A DNA stretch of 62,764 nt, filler included, from Dugesia japonica (GCA_001938525.1; 5 parts of 5 records of this genome joined end to end with filler, not necessarily neighbours in it), one strand, 5' to 3'; positions 51,202 through 62,764 are shown, numbered from the whole stretch's first letter. Made by a program: numbers and translations. The notes: generated by a model not told the origin, from the sequence alone.

Positions 51202-54200
51202 AAACTAATTTCATTTTAAAATTTTTAATAAAAAATTACATAACTTAACAATTATGCACGAGTTTATATAAATTGAATATATAAATATAAAAATGGATAA
51301 CTATAACGCACAAATTAAAACAATGAAAATTTGGTAATAAATTTTATAATGAAATTCAAGTCGTTAGATTTGGATGGAATAACTCGAAACTTTAATAAAA
51401 CTATTTATGTTTTCAATTTTTTGAAAATTCGTCAAGAAAAATATATAATTAAATTATATTTTCAAATCTAAATCTATTTTTAATGAATTTATATTAAAAT
51501 TAATAGAAAGAAACCTAAATGTTGATAAATCTATTACACTTTATTAACCATAAATCTAAAATTAATAATTTTTAATAAATATTTAAATAAAATTTAAATT
51601 AATGAATTTATATTAAAATTATTAGAATCAAAATTTATTGAAGCTTTTATATTTTGACAAAGATCGATTCTAATGTCCACCAAACAAACTTTATAAGTAT
51701 GAAAAACGACACTAGATTGCTTGGCGCAACTCAGTTGCATCACCACAAACATATCCAATAATATATTAATTACATTTTCAATCACCTTACAACTTTACAT
51801 AAAAATAGTCTACCAATATGCCCACCAGAATTTGACAGGTTTTACTGCAGTCTCTAATGTTTACATGTACAATTTCTGAATCATTATTTATATAAGGCAA
51901 ATTTACATCAGTAAATTTTATTTGCTTGCTTAAAGTTAATTTTAATTGTTGGTCATGAGTATTTACAGTTAAATTGTTCATAAATTAACGTTTTCTCTTT
52001 ACAGTTTAAGTTTACCTTCGTTAATTTGTGAGAAATTAATATTACGAATAACTAATATACTATTAAATTAATAACTAGACCGTAACAACCAAATCTAGCA
52101 TTTTGCTCATTTAAAATACTAGCACGATTGATGCACTCTTTCGCATTTGGAAATCTTGTATTCAATTTTTACTATCATGAAAACGATAAAAATCAAATAC
52201 TTTCTAATACGACATGTGTGGATAAGGATTTCGTCATCAGAATACTCACAATCAAAACTTATAGATGTTCTTTCAATCTGAAAGAGATAAAGAAAAACGA
52301 GAAATTTAAAGATAAAGAAAGAAAAGTAACGAACTTCGTGAATCAACAATTTAAATACAATGTTCGACTTCATATATCCAATAATTGTTGGGAGGTTATT
52401 TATAATCATATGGTCTGAAGTTTCTTCGATACCAGTGTTTTCCACTGAATCTTCATCTCCAGAACCCAATTTCATTTGTTTACTCTGAATTTTATATAAC
52501 AAATCAACACAACTGACAGATAGATTCTCGTTTGTGTAAGAATTCTTTCTTCTGTAAGAATTTCAAAAATATTATTTGTTAATTACTATATTCCTTACAA
52601 TATTAATAATTTTCTTAATTGCATCTACTGTCAATGGACTCAATTTTATTGGCCTCAACAATAAAATTTTCTCACTACGTGTCGCAGACGTTGGAACTGT
52701 TCATACCTTAGTGGTATTCAATACAAATAAACGATAACTTGGAATCATTCGATATTTAATTCCACACACAACTATAAGAAAATAATTTCATTCCGAATTG
52801 ATAGGAATAAATAATAATTCAAGATCACCTTTCTTTACTTGATTAAACAATTTCTAAATAATTTGCTTCACTATTTTTTCATTATAATTTTCGCTTAAAT
52901 AAGCTTAATAAAAAATTATTTTTTTAAATGATAACATCAAAATTGTGATATGAATATTAAAAAAAATGTTATTTTATTAAAAAACAATAATTTAAATTAT
53001 AACTATTAAAACTTTAAATATAAAATAAATTCTAATTAAGTTTTATAAATATAACTAACTTTATTTACTTTTAAGCAATATAATAAAAACTACAATCAAG
53101 AATTTATTCAATGCATTTATGTAAAAGTAATGAAGGATTATTCAATTAAGCATTAGCCAAAAACTAACTTTATGTATAGATTTATTATTATAGACTACTG
53201 AATACATAAAACATAATATTTAACAAAATAAAAATTTAATTTAATTCACTTTAATGGGAACTCCTTCAGTTCAAAACCTTTCTTCCGAGGAAGCCCAGTG
53301 ATTACACAATCTCCCCTTCAACTCGATTTAATTAAATATTTAAATAAAGCAGAGAAAATTGGAAAATTTCGACAAAAAAGTGCTCAAAAACATAATTTGC
53401 ACTGGATATTTTGATTATTATGAGAAATTTATTATTGGAAAATTCATTTTACTAACAAATTATTATTAATTCCTCCTCAAACCAATAAAAATACAAACAG
53501 CACTTAACAATTTCATGAACTATATTTTATGCAAATGCGAAATTCACATAAATACCAAACTTACAAATCTGCACTATTCACTCTAGATAAATTAATTTTA
53601 TTAAAATAATTATTTATCTTTATATATATTATTATAAAAGATAAAAAAATATTAATTATTTAATTTAAATATAAATTTAATAATAAATTTATTCAAACTG
53701 GAAATCTTACTGCATATTTTATCCTGATATCTATCAATTATTCTCATCGAATCCATGCAAGTTTTTTGAATGGAATAAAATAGCTATTAAATACTAATTT
53801 TCTCTTTATATATAAGAGAAATATTTTACTTCTAATTTCGCATCCAACTCTGAATGAGATGCTAAAACATGTTAATCTTCCTTTACGACCAAATTTTTTA
53901 ATTACAACCTGCTTTGTTGTCCAGTAAGCATTTTTCAATTTATGAGTCGTAGAACATTCTGTAGATTCGTTGTATCTATCGTATTGTGAACCATAATACA
54001 ATCCTCTTCTGTTATAATAGATCATTTGGAATACTTAAAAACAAATCATACTCTGACATTCAAATATCTACTTTATATTTAAGGACTTTATATAATATAA
54101 CTAATTATGTAAAAATTAGGTAATTCGTTAAAATTAATGAAGTGATAAATAATTACGATTTAAATATATCAAAATTGTAACAAATATAAAACATTTAAAA

Positions 54201-54527
54201 CAAAAGGTATGAATGGATATAATAATTATTACTTGAAATATGATTTTTAATATTTCAAAGTATTTGATAAAACAGTATTGTATTGAGGTTTACATTTCAC
54301 TTGAAAAATTTTATAATTTATTTTAATTTCTAAGAATAATATATTTTACATTTTTAATAATTAATTTCATTCAATTTTGTAAATTTTATTAAAACATAAT
54401 TAAATTATACAACTTCTTATCGGAATATTTATATATTTTTATGTATTATAAAAAAATTACCGTACGGTTACTGTACCGTTAGTGTTATTGTTAGTGTTAC
54501 TGTTAACTCAAATTAGATGTATAGAAA

Positions 54528-55218
54528 ATGGGATCAATGAAATCGCATACTGGATCAAAGAATGTGAATTCATCTAAACCACTGAAACAAGAATTAACTA
54601 TAAATACTTTATAGAACACGCTTAATAATTTACAAGATCTTAGTAAATTTAGTATTGAAGAGATAAAGAATTTTAATACTTGTGAAATAACAAGACACTT
54701 CAGATAAATTTATAACAATAATAAAACAGTTATATGAAGAACTAGATAAAATTGATAGTAAAGATAAAAATAAAGAAAAATTTAAAGCAATATTTAGTAT
54801 ATTGATTAGTAAATTTTGTGAATTAGATTGTAAAACTCAAATAATAAATTATTTATCAAAGAGAGATGAAAGAAATATATAAATTATAGAGCAAATGAAA
54901 AAAGATTTTCAGAAAGAAAGAGATGAGCATAATAAATTAAGAGAAGAATTTAATCTTGAAAAGAAACTATAATATATGGAACATTCAGGATTAAAAATTA
55001 CAGTAATAAAACATGATGATGGTGATAAAATAACTAATTTTGGATGTATAAAAATAGCAAATGCAGCGATAAAGAGTGATAAGAGATTAACAGAAAAAAT
55101 GACACGTTTAAAAGTTCCTGAAAAATATAAAGATAATGTAAAACGGATAAATGCCGCAAAGAAGGATTTACCAAATTACACTGGTAATACTTCTAAACCA
55201 GTAGATTATGAAAAATAA
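54528..55218 (+). pseudogene. Degraded paralogue of the Polinton ORF at 56706
   Basis: ELTINTL*NTLNNLQDL / HMTLSTLEQTVRNFPDL; FQKERDEHN / LQKERDEHN; KMTRLKVPE / KMTRFPVPE; same TATAGAAAATG start context. Confidence 0.8.
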
Positions 55219-56022
55219 AATGAGTAAGGAACTAACGTTTGGTTCCTCTAAGTAGATGTAAAAAGACGGAATTGGGACCCCCACCCCCTACCCCGAAACT
55301 TTTCTTAAAAACACTAGTTTTTAAGGTAAAAATCATACATTTTCAGCGAAAAGTGGCCATTTTTCATTGAAAATGTAAGATTTTTCATAGTTTTTAAAAC
55401 TACTAAAAAAAGTCATTTTTTTCATCATTTTTTGAAAAATCAAATTTTAAAATTTCCCCTATTTTTCATGATTTTTAACTTTTTCCAAAAAAAACCATTT
55501 TTCATTAAAATAATCAACAAAAAGTTAAAATAATCATCAAAAGTACTATTTTTTTATCAATTTTCAAAAATGACCAAAAATATTCATCCTGGGTACTTTT
55601 TATGGGTAAGTAGGGGAAATGAAAAAATGAAATTTTAAAAATATACAAATTAAACATTAACCCTTTTTGGTGTTTCATTACCAGTACTTGATGTATCATT
55701 ACACCTATTTCCTCATGATTTTCATTATTATGCAATTTTAACATTTTACATGATAATTTTACATGATAATTTAAAAAATACAACAAAAAGTACTAATTTT
55801 CATCATTTTAGAAAAACTAGAATTTTTAATATTACCCCCATTTTGAAGATTGATCCTAGGTAAAGAAAGATTGATCCTAGGTACATTTGTTCAAAACCCC
55901 ATACAAAACCTGATGATGATTTTTTAAAAATAATAATTTTTGATTTTTAGTACTAGACCAAAATGCTTTCTAAAAAAATTGCAACTTGTAACTCGTAACT
56001 CGTAACTTGTAACTCGTAACTT

Positions 56023-56493
56023 CTAACTTGTAATTTTTTGGATGACTCTATGGATGACTCTGTGGATGACTCTGTGGATGACTCTGTGGATGACTCTGTG
56101 GATGATAATAACTTTATTTATTTTTTTTAATATATTATTCAAAGATTCAAAAAATAAATCAGGATTTTCTCTAAAATAAGGTATATCTCTACTTGCACTT
56201 GTAGTTGCACTTGTAGTTGCACTTGTAGTTGCACTTGTAGTTTGTTTATATTTTTTCTTTTTATGTTTCTTTTCTTCATTATTTAAAAAAGATGTAAAAG
56301 TAAATGTTTCAGTGACAGTTCTATTTTGTATTATATTTCTTGGTTTCTTATTATATGGTATTTTAAAAAATTTCAAATATTTTCTAATAGTTTTTTCATT
56401 AACATTATTATCTTTAGCAAATTCTGAAACTGAATTATTTACAAAATCATAATCAATTATTTTTTTATAAACTTCACTCATTGTTAAAGCCAT
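56023..56493 (-). CDS. Small HTH-like DNA-binding protein with repeat-expanded tail
   Basis: MALTMSEVYKK...SVSEFAKDNNVNEKTIRKYL fits an HTH pattern; two homologues at 13673 and 14138; TTSA and HRVI repeats arise from 12-bp tandem units. Confidence 0.65.
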   Translation of the reverse strand: MALTMSEVYKKIIDYDFVNNSVSEFAKDNNVNEKTIRKYLKFFKIPYNKKPRNIIQNRTVTETFTFTSFLNNEEKKHKKKKYKQTTSATTSATTSATTSASRDIPYFRENPDLFFESLNNILKKINKVIIIHRVIHRVIHRVIHRVIHRVIQKITS

Positions 56494-56705
56494 TTTATAT
56501 AGACACAAATTTGTTACCGTATACCATATTCCGTACTGTATTCCGTACTGTATTCCATACTGTAAACTGTATACTATACTGTAAACTGTATACCATACTG
56601 TAAACTGTATACCATACTGTAAACCATATTCCATATACCATACTGTATACTGTATATTCTGATTTTAAATTTATTATATACAACCTCAAATTTTATCTAT
56701 AGAAA
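56494..56705. promoter_or_regulatory. Repeat-built intergenic region between divergent genes (candidate bidirectional promoter)
   Basis: Array of ATACTGTA/ATACCAT/AAACTGT units between ATG 56493(-) and ATG 56706(+); both starts have an AAAATG context. Confidence 0.4.
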
Positions 56706-57371
56706 ATGGAAGGACAGATTAATAAAAAAAAATTAACAGAAAAACTGAAAAAAGAACATATGACATTATCAACTTTAGAACAAACCGTTAGAAACTTTCC
56801 AGATTTAAATAATTTAACTATAGAAGATGTTAAAAAGTTTAGTAAAATTCCAGCAACAGTAGATTTTGTTAAAAATAAAATGTTAATAGTAGATGATGTT
56901 TTTAGTAAAATAAAAAATTGTAAACCAGAAGACGAGAAAATATTTAAATTTTTATTTACAATTTTAATGACATGTTCAACAGAAAATGGATGTTTAAAAA
57001 TAATGTATAATGATTTGGCACATAAATATACTGAATTATTAGAAATGTATAGTCAAGCTAAAGAAGAGTTACAGAAAGAACGAGATGAACACAATATAAT
57101 AAGAAAGAAATATCAAGAAGAATTAAAACCTGAAGTTGTGGCTCTCCCAGGTTATAAAACAACTGTAATTTGTAAGACGAATGATACTAAATTAGAAATA
57201 GATTCATTTTTAGATTTACATAATTCAATAACTGAAAATCATAATAATTTAAAAGCAAATAAAATGACACGATTTCCTGTTCCAGAAGGATTACAAAATA
57301 GTGTTACTCGTTTATATGTAAAAGCAGATGAGAAAACATCAATAACACAAAAAGTTACAATGGTCAGTTAG
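56706..57371 (+). CDS. Uncharacterised Polinton protein (221 aa, central coiled coil)
   Basis: Intact ORF directly upstream of the capsid gene; paralogue at 54528. Confidence 0.75.
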   Translation: MEGQINKKKLTEKLKKEHMTLSTLEQTVRNFPDLNNLTIEDVKKFSKIPATVDFVKNKMLIVDDVFSKIKNCKPEDEKIFKFLFTILMTCSTENGCLKIMYNDLAHKYTELLEMYSQAKEELQKERDEHNIIRKKYQEELKPEVVALPGYKTTVICKTNDTKLEIDSFLDLHNSITENHNNLKANKMTRFPVPEGLQNSVTRLYVKADEKTSITQKVTMVS

Positions 57372-57399
57372 CTCAGAGCCAAAAGTAGTTTCTTAAAAA

Positions 57400-58704
57400 A
57401 TGACAGACCTCGATTTTAATATTAGTTTTACTCACACTCAAATGAAAAATAATTTACTAAAAATATCACCTACAAGTGGATCAATAGTTAACTTGAATAA
57501 AGCTGGATAAGTTACATTTCAATCTTTACAAAATACAAATCCCATTGATATTGGAAATGCAAAACTATATTTTAGAATAAAAATCAAAGATGTTGCAGAA
57601 GAGGCAACACTTGAAAACGATTTCTTTCCAGCTTTATTCTCTACATTTAGATTAAAAATTGGTAGTAGTTATATAGAAAGTATTACATTTCCTGATGTCG
57701 CTTCTACAATGTTGAATTTAATTTTAATAGACGAAAGTAGTTTAAAAAAACTAAAAGCCTATGGTTGGATGCCTGATACTGATAATAATAATTGCAAGGC
57801 AAGAACTGATCTCTACAATAAAGAATACTAAGGTTATTATCCTCTCAAAAACCTATTCGGATTTTTAGCAAACTATAATAGATTATTATTTAATACATTT
57901 ATTCAATTGGATTGTAATCGTGATTTACAAAATGAAAAAATATTTTATAGTAAAAAGGCAAACTCCAAGGGTTCAATTGAAATTATTACTTTGGAATTAC
58001 ATATTCCAGAATGGACTCTAAATCCCAAAAGTGAATTAAATTATTTGGATAGATTGTCAACAAATAAAAGTATTCAAGTTTCTTTTCTAGAACGAGAAAT
58101 GGGAAGTTGTTCTTTATCAACAGGAACAAACTATTCAATGAAAATGAGTAATTTAGCTTATAGACCTAGATTTGTAATTATTGGTTTCAAAACACTAGCA
58201 AATTTATTTGGTAATAATAATAATTTATTTACTTTATCAGGAAGTGTAACTAAAAAGGTTGGGACTCCACCAGAAGATAAAACATTTAATTATTATTTAA
58301 AAACTATTCAATTACAATTAAATAATATTTATTACCCCAACAATAGAATTGAATTCTTTAATGATGCCAACAGAAATCAAGTTATGTTTCCATATCAAAT
58401 GTATGTAGAACTTTGTACTTGTTTTGGAACAGAACCTCAATTAACTATAACAGATTGGTCAAGCTTTTACCCAATATTTTGTTTTGATTGTAGTGCCTAA
58501 GATGAAAAACTAACAATAAATAATGTAGATGTAACTTGTCACATAACAAAAGACTCTGAACTAACTGGAACATTGTATTGGTTAATACTTCAAGAAAAGC
58601 ATGTAGAATTAAAGATTTCAAATGGTAAAGTTATGTTTGTAGAAAATATTAAAGGCACAGACATTAATAAAGTAAACCTACTACCAATAGTGAAACCAAA
58701 ATAA
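57400..58704 (+). pseudogene. Double-jelly-roll major capsid protein (Polinton PY/hexon-like), 434 codons with three internal TAA
   Basis: Single frame from ATG 57400: LENDFFPALFSTFRLKIG, YPLKNLFGFLANYNRLL, RPRFVIIGFK, IQLQLNNIYYP, YPIFCFDCS; stops at 57508, 57829 and 58498. Confidence 0.82.
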
Positions 58705-58715
58705 ATAATTAAAAA

Positions 58716-60149
58716 ATGAATCACAACGTGTATCACAACGTGAATCACAACGTGAATAATAATAAATGGATTTGTCCAAAATGTAATGTACCTCAAACTA
58801 AAGCTAATAGAGCAAGACATACTAGGAGGTGTAAGAAAGTTGACCTTGAAGAGGTTCAGTTAGAAACAACTAAAAACGGCCCCTGCAGGGCCCATCTAGG
58901 AGGTGATTTACAATCTTCACCTTTAACTTCAACAATTTTGAAACCATTTACAACAGAAAAATACCCTGGTGAAAGACATTTATTTCATCATAATTATACT
59001 GGTCTGGGAACTAGATTAGATTTAAGATTAATAGAAGATGAACAAGGTAATTTAGTTCTAAAAGAAGGAGAAGAACCAATTAATCAAGTTGATGCTTGTG
59101 CCTTAAAACATGATATTGCTTACATGTCTCAAGATTTAAGAGATCGACATTTAGCTGATGTTAATTTGATACATGATTTAGACAATATTGAAAATCCTAC
59201 AACCAGTGAGAAAATTCAAAGAGCAATAGTAAAACTTGCAATGAAGGGAAAAATAATAGCAGGTTCTGGAGTTTCTCAGAGGAGAAAGGTTGATAATAAT
59301 AACCAACGAGTGAATGAATTACATAAACCATTTATTAAAAGAAAAAAACATTTCCTCAAAGTAAAAATATTTTTCAAAGATGAAACTTGGTCAGCAGATT
59401 TAATGTTTTTAGGTCCAAGGACTGGTTATAACAGAAATGCAAAAACAAATGTTCCCGTTTTAATAGTTATAGATTTATATACAAGATTTGTATTTTTACA
59501 AGTTCTTGAAAACAAGACAGGAAAAGAAATAACAAAAGCTTTTGAAAATATATTTGAAACTTTTAATAGAACACCAGTAAATTTATGGACTGATTATGGA
59601 AAAGAATTTTACAATAAAGTGTTTGAGGAATTTTGCCAAGATAATGGTATTAATTTATATTCTACCCGAGGTAAAGCAGTTTTTGCTGAAAGAGTGATTA
59701 GAACTTTAAAAAGACAATTGTAAAAAGTTTTTTCAGCTCAAGAAAATCAAAAATGGAATGAAGAAATGTTACAAGATTTAGTGTTCTATTATAATGATAA
59801 ACCTCATAGTAGTATTAAAATTTCACCTCTTGAAGCCTCTGACTCTGATAATCCTCAGAGTCAACTATTGATTAAAAAAATTATTAATTGGAATAATAAA
59901 AATAAAGACTTTGTCTCCAGTAAACTGAAAAAATTTAAAGTTGGAGATCGAGTAAGAATTTTTATAAATAAAAAAACATTTGAAAAAGGATATACAGCAA
60001 ATTGGACTAGTGATATTTATATTATTTATAAAATTTATCGAGAAAATAAAGCTTGGGATGGTGTTTTAACTTATGGAATTATGGATCTTGAAGGAAATAA
60101 AATACTTGGAAGGTTTTATGATAATGAGTTACAAAAAAGTAGTTTTTGA
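58716..60149 (+). CDS. Zinc finger + parvovirus-type phospholipase A2 + retroviral-like (rve) integrase fusion; one internal TAA at 59721
   Basis: CPKC..RHTRRC; NYTGLGT...PINQVDACALKHDIAY...HLAD; WSADL, VIDLYTRF, LWTDYGKEF, AERVIRTLK. The same frame continues after the stop to YYNDKPHSSI, FKVGDRVRI and FEKGYTANW. Confidence 0.9.
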
Positions 60150-60209
60150 TACAAAAAAGTAGTTTTTGATACAAGATACACTTTAAGACCAAATATTAAT
60201 TAATAAAAA

Positions 60210-61004
60210 ATGACTAGTAATATATTACCTATATGGAAAAATAATTTATCAAAGTTTAAACATGAAATATTTCCACCACAATTTAGATGTTTAATAATTG
60301 GATCTTCTGGTTGTGGTAAAAATGTTTTACTATTAAAAATGTTACTTACTCCTGGATTTATAGATTATAATAATTTAATTTTATTTTCAACTACAATATC
60401 ACAATTTGAAATCCAATTATTAAATCATGGTTTTAATCAAGGTCTTGGTAAACAAGATTTGATGAATATATTTTCAGATGAAGTTCAAAATAAATTACCC
60501 AAAGATTTAAATCCTGAAGAAATAATTTTTTGGGATTGTCAAAGTGAATATAGAAATGTTCATGTTAATGATGTTCACCTTTCTGATAATAAACATGAAG
60601 ATATTATGATTACAGTTTCAAATAAAGCATCAGAAATTGTACCTTGTGATAAGTTGCCTACAAATAGAAAAAATTTAATTATATTTGATGATGTAGTTAA
60701 TGAAAAGAATCAACAAGTACAAAAAAGTTATTTTACACGAGGTCGTCATAATAATTGTAATGTAATTTACATTTCTCAAACATATTATGATTTGGATAAA
60801 AATAGTATTAGAAATAATAGTAATTGTTTCATCTTTTTCAAATTAGATAAACGTGATAAAGATAATGTTTATCATGATTTATTTATTAACATTTTTAATA
60901 ATAAAGAAGAGTATGATTTTGAAACTAATCATCATTGGAAAACAAAATACAATTATTTTTATTTGGATAAAGAAAAAGAAGTCTTGATGGACAACTTGTT
61001 TTGA
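60210..61004 (+). CDS. A32-like (FtsK/HerA superfamily) DNA packaging ATPase
   Basis: Walker A GSSGCGKN (usual T/S replaced by N), Walker B LIIFDD, FTRGRHNNCNVIYISQ, IRNN. Confidence 0.93.
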   Translation: MTSNILPIWKNNLSKFKHEIFPPQFRCLIIGSSGCGKNVLLLKMLLTPGFIDYNNLILFSTTISQFEIQLLNHGFNQGLGKQDLMNIFSDEVQNKLPKDLNPEEIIFWDCQSEYRNVHVNDVHLSDNKHEDIMITVSNKASEIVPCDKLPTNRKNLIIFDDVVNEKNQQVQKSYFTRGRHNNCNVIYISQTYYDLDKNSIRNNSNCFIFFKLDKRDKDNVYHDLFINIFNNKEEYDFETNHHWKTKYNYFYLDKEKEVLMDNLF

Positions 61005-61060
61005 CAGGGACAACTTGTTTTGAGGGCCCGAAGGGTCCTATCAAATTAAAATATAATAAA

Positions 61061-61666
61061 ATGGCTTCTAGTATTGCTTCAAACATCACAGAAAAAGAAT
61101 TATTAGAATTGATAAATAGTACAAAATGTAAATCAATAAAAATTAATGGTAAAAATTATTGGATTGGTAAAAGAGCTAAAGAGATTTTAAAAGATAAACT
61201 AAATAAAGATAAACACTCGGGTGGTGTATTTCCACTATTAGCTTTAATACCTGGAATTTTAGCAGGTATTGGTGCAGCAGGAACTGCAGCTGTAAGTGTT
61301 GCGGGTGCAGCCGCAGGAATTGCAAAGGCAGTTGGTAATGCACGTGAAGCTGTTAAACTAAGTAAAGAGAATGAATTGTTGGATATTCAATTAAAACAAC
61401 TCCAGTCAACTGGAAAGAAAACTTCTGAACCTAAACCGGTAGAACCAAAGTCAGAGGTAGAACCTAAACCAGAGACCTCTGTAGAAGGCTCTGGATTATA
61501 TTTAAATCCTTATCAAGGTTCTGCTATTCATAAATATATTAAGTCTATTTCTCAACCAAATAACCATAGTTTATTGAAGAAAACTAAAAAATTTACACAA
61601 GGTGTTTTAGTCCGGAAACGAGGAGATGGATTATACTTAAATCCATATACATGGGAGGTAAAATAA
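61061..61666 (+). CDS. Virion core/membrane-active protein with adenovirus pX-like hydrophobic segment
   Basis: SGGVFPLLALIPGILAGIGAAG...AAGIAKAV resembles adenoviral pX (GGxLPLLIPxIAAAIGA); two GxGLYLNPY repeats. Confidence 0.7.
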   Translation: MASSIASNITEKELLELINSTKCKSIKINGKNYWIGKRAKEILKDKLNKDKHSGGVFPLLALIPGILAGIGAAGTAAVSVAGAAAGIAKAVGNAREAVKLSKENELLDIQLKQLQSTGKKTSEPKPVEPKSEVEPKPETSVEGSGLYLNPYQGSAIHKYIKSISQPNNHSLLKKTKKFTQGVLVRKRGDGLYLNPYTWEVK

Positions 61667-61678
61667 TTTAATATAAAA

Positions 61679-62593
61679 ATGCCTTTAGATTGGATTGAAG
61701 ATAAAAGAAAAATACTTAAGGAACAAATTACAGCTTAAGAAAAATATAATCAATTTATTGTTGACCAAGTACAAAGAAATGTTGATTTTTACGACTTACA
61801 AAGTAAAACTCAAGCTCCTTTATTACAAGGATTACAAGGATTGTCTCAACAAGGCTTACCTGTCCCCGTTGTTCAAAATCAACAACTTAAACAAGATCCT
61901 CAACAAGTTCCTTTAAAACAAGATCCTATCCATAAAGAAGAAGAAAACTTGAAAAATATTCTTTTAAATCAAGGTCTTATTGATAATGATGATGAAGTTG
62001 AAAATTTTTATATAAATACTGAAATTAATAACACTTTTGGAATTTCTAATTCAATAATACCAAAATTTGAAAGAAATGAAATAGGTAAATTTAGTTTTTT
62101 TGAAATAAGAGGAGTATTAATTTCATTAATAAAAATAGGTCGGAGTATATATTTTATAGTAGGAAATCCTCCTTATAAAAAAATAAAATTAACTGGAGAA
62201 ATATTAAAATTAATGTTTGGACATGGTTCAGATGATTTAGAAGCGAGAAAAAAATATATAAATGATTTTGATATAAATTTTCCTCCAAATAGTAAATATT
62301 ATAAAGTTTGTAAAACTGATTATCCTTTTAAAAGTGGTATTGAATTGATGAAAGTAGATCATGATAGAAGTAGATTAGGAGACAAGTCGGAAGGTAATGG
62401 TCTTGATGATGATACAGAGAAGTCAGAGAATCCTTTAAAGTTGTTTGAACAACTAACCATAATAACTTCAGCTATTAAAGCAGGACATGACAATTTACAA
62501 AGTGAATTAAAAAATGTAATTGATAAACTTTTGTATAAAAAATTAATTACCAAAGAAAAGTATTCTAGTATTCTTAATAAGTATTCTCACTAG
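61679..62593 (+). CDS. Polinton accessory protein (304 codons, one internal TAA at 61736)
   Basis: ATG 61679 is in frame with the 61841 ORF. The C-terminal NPLKLFEQLTIITSAIKAGHDNLQSELKNVIDKL resembles a helical xAGN/H motif I recall from Polinton ORFs. Confidence 0.6.
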
Positions 62594-62648
62594 CTTAATA
62601 AGGTCTAAATAAAATCTAAAGAAATATCTTGATAGCTCGGTTTATAAT

Positions 62649-62764
62649 AGTAGGGGGATAGTGGCGCACTGCTTCAAAGCCCCCCCCCCACCCTCCCCCC
62701 GCCGATTAGTGATGTAATTTCGAGATTATCGGTAATTTGATATCTTAATCTGTGATGTAATTGC
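62649..62764 (+). mobile_element. Candidate terminus of another Polinton-like element
   Basis: AGTAGGGGGATAGTGGCGCAC plus a poly-C tract; similar to 14237 and 38413. Confidence 0.5.

Larger units (their letters stand above)
55251..62593 (+). mobile_element. Polinton/Maverick (adintovirus-like) endogenous virus, left arm and virion module
   Basis: Candidate AGTAG terminus at 55251, then tightly packed intronless genes for major capsid, integrase, packaging ATPase and a pX-like protein. PolB, penton and protease were not seen in this segment. Confidence 0.9.

Noticed and set aside
51590-54030. Short minus-strand ORFs with possible introns
   Set aside because: Probably fragments of a host gene, but no recognisable domain or consistent exon chain.
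56494-56689. ORFs with YGIQ/VYS/WYTV repeats, and a possible CRISPR-like array
   Set aside because: These are translations of a short tandem DNA array with no unique spacers; the real start is ATG 56493 and the context is eukaryotic.

Overview
Very AT-rich eukaryotic (probably invertebrate animal) DNA. It consists of five unrelated contigs joined by artificial 100-bp N..TTAATTAATTAA..N spacers (14402-14501, 23391-23490, 32782-32881, 42134-42233), so linkage across spacers means nothing. The window is mostly decayed mobile DNA. Polinton/Maverick (adintovirus-like) material comprises four degraded protein-primed PolB genes and a nearly intact virion module at 55.3-62.6 kb (HTH gene, unknown ORF, double-jelly-roll major capsid, an in-frame zinc finger-phospholipase A2-integrase fusion, A32-type packaging ATPase, pX-like protein). 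There is also a Gypsy retrotransposon, mariner/Tc1, MULE and MITE remnants, an 18S rRNA fragment, an SF3-helicase fragment, and disrupted host genes (copper amine oxidase split by a mariner; a TRIM gene). The three most notable observations are: (1) a family of 4.3-4.7 kb TGTT...AACA elements with 4-bp target duplications, no recognisable transposase and homologous spliced coiled-coil genes (two full copies, one end); (2) the PLA2-integrase fusion with a candidate adenain cleavage site in its linker; (3) recurrent GC-rich, largely frame-preserving micro-insertions shared between different Polinton genes. All family assignments come from motifs recognised by eye; no database searches were run.
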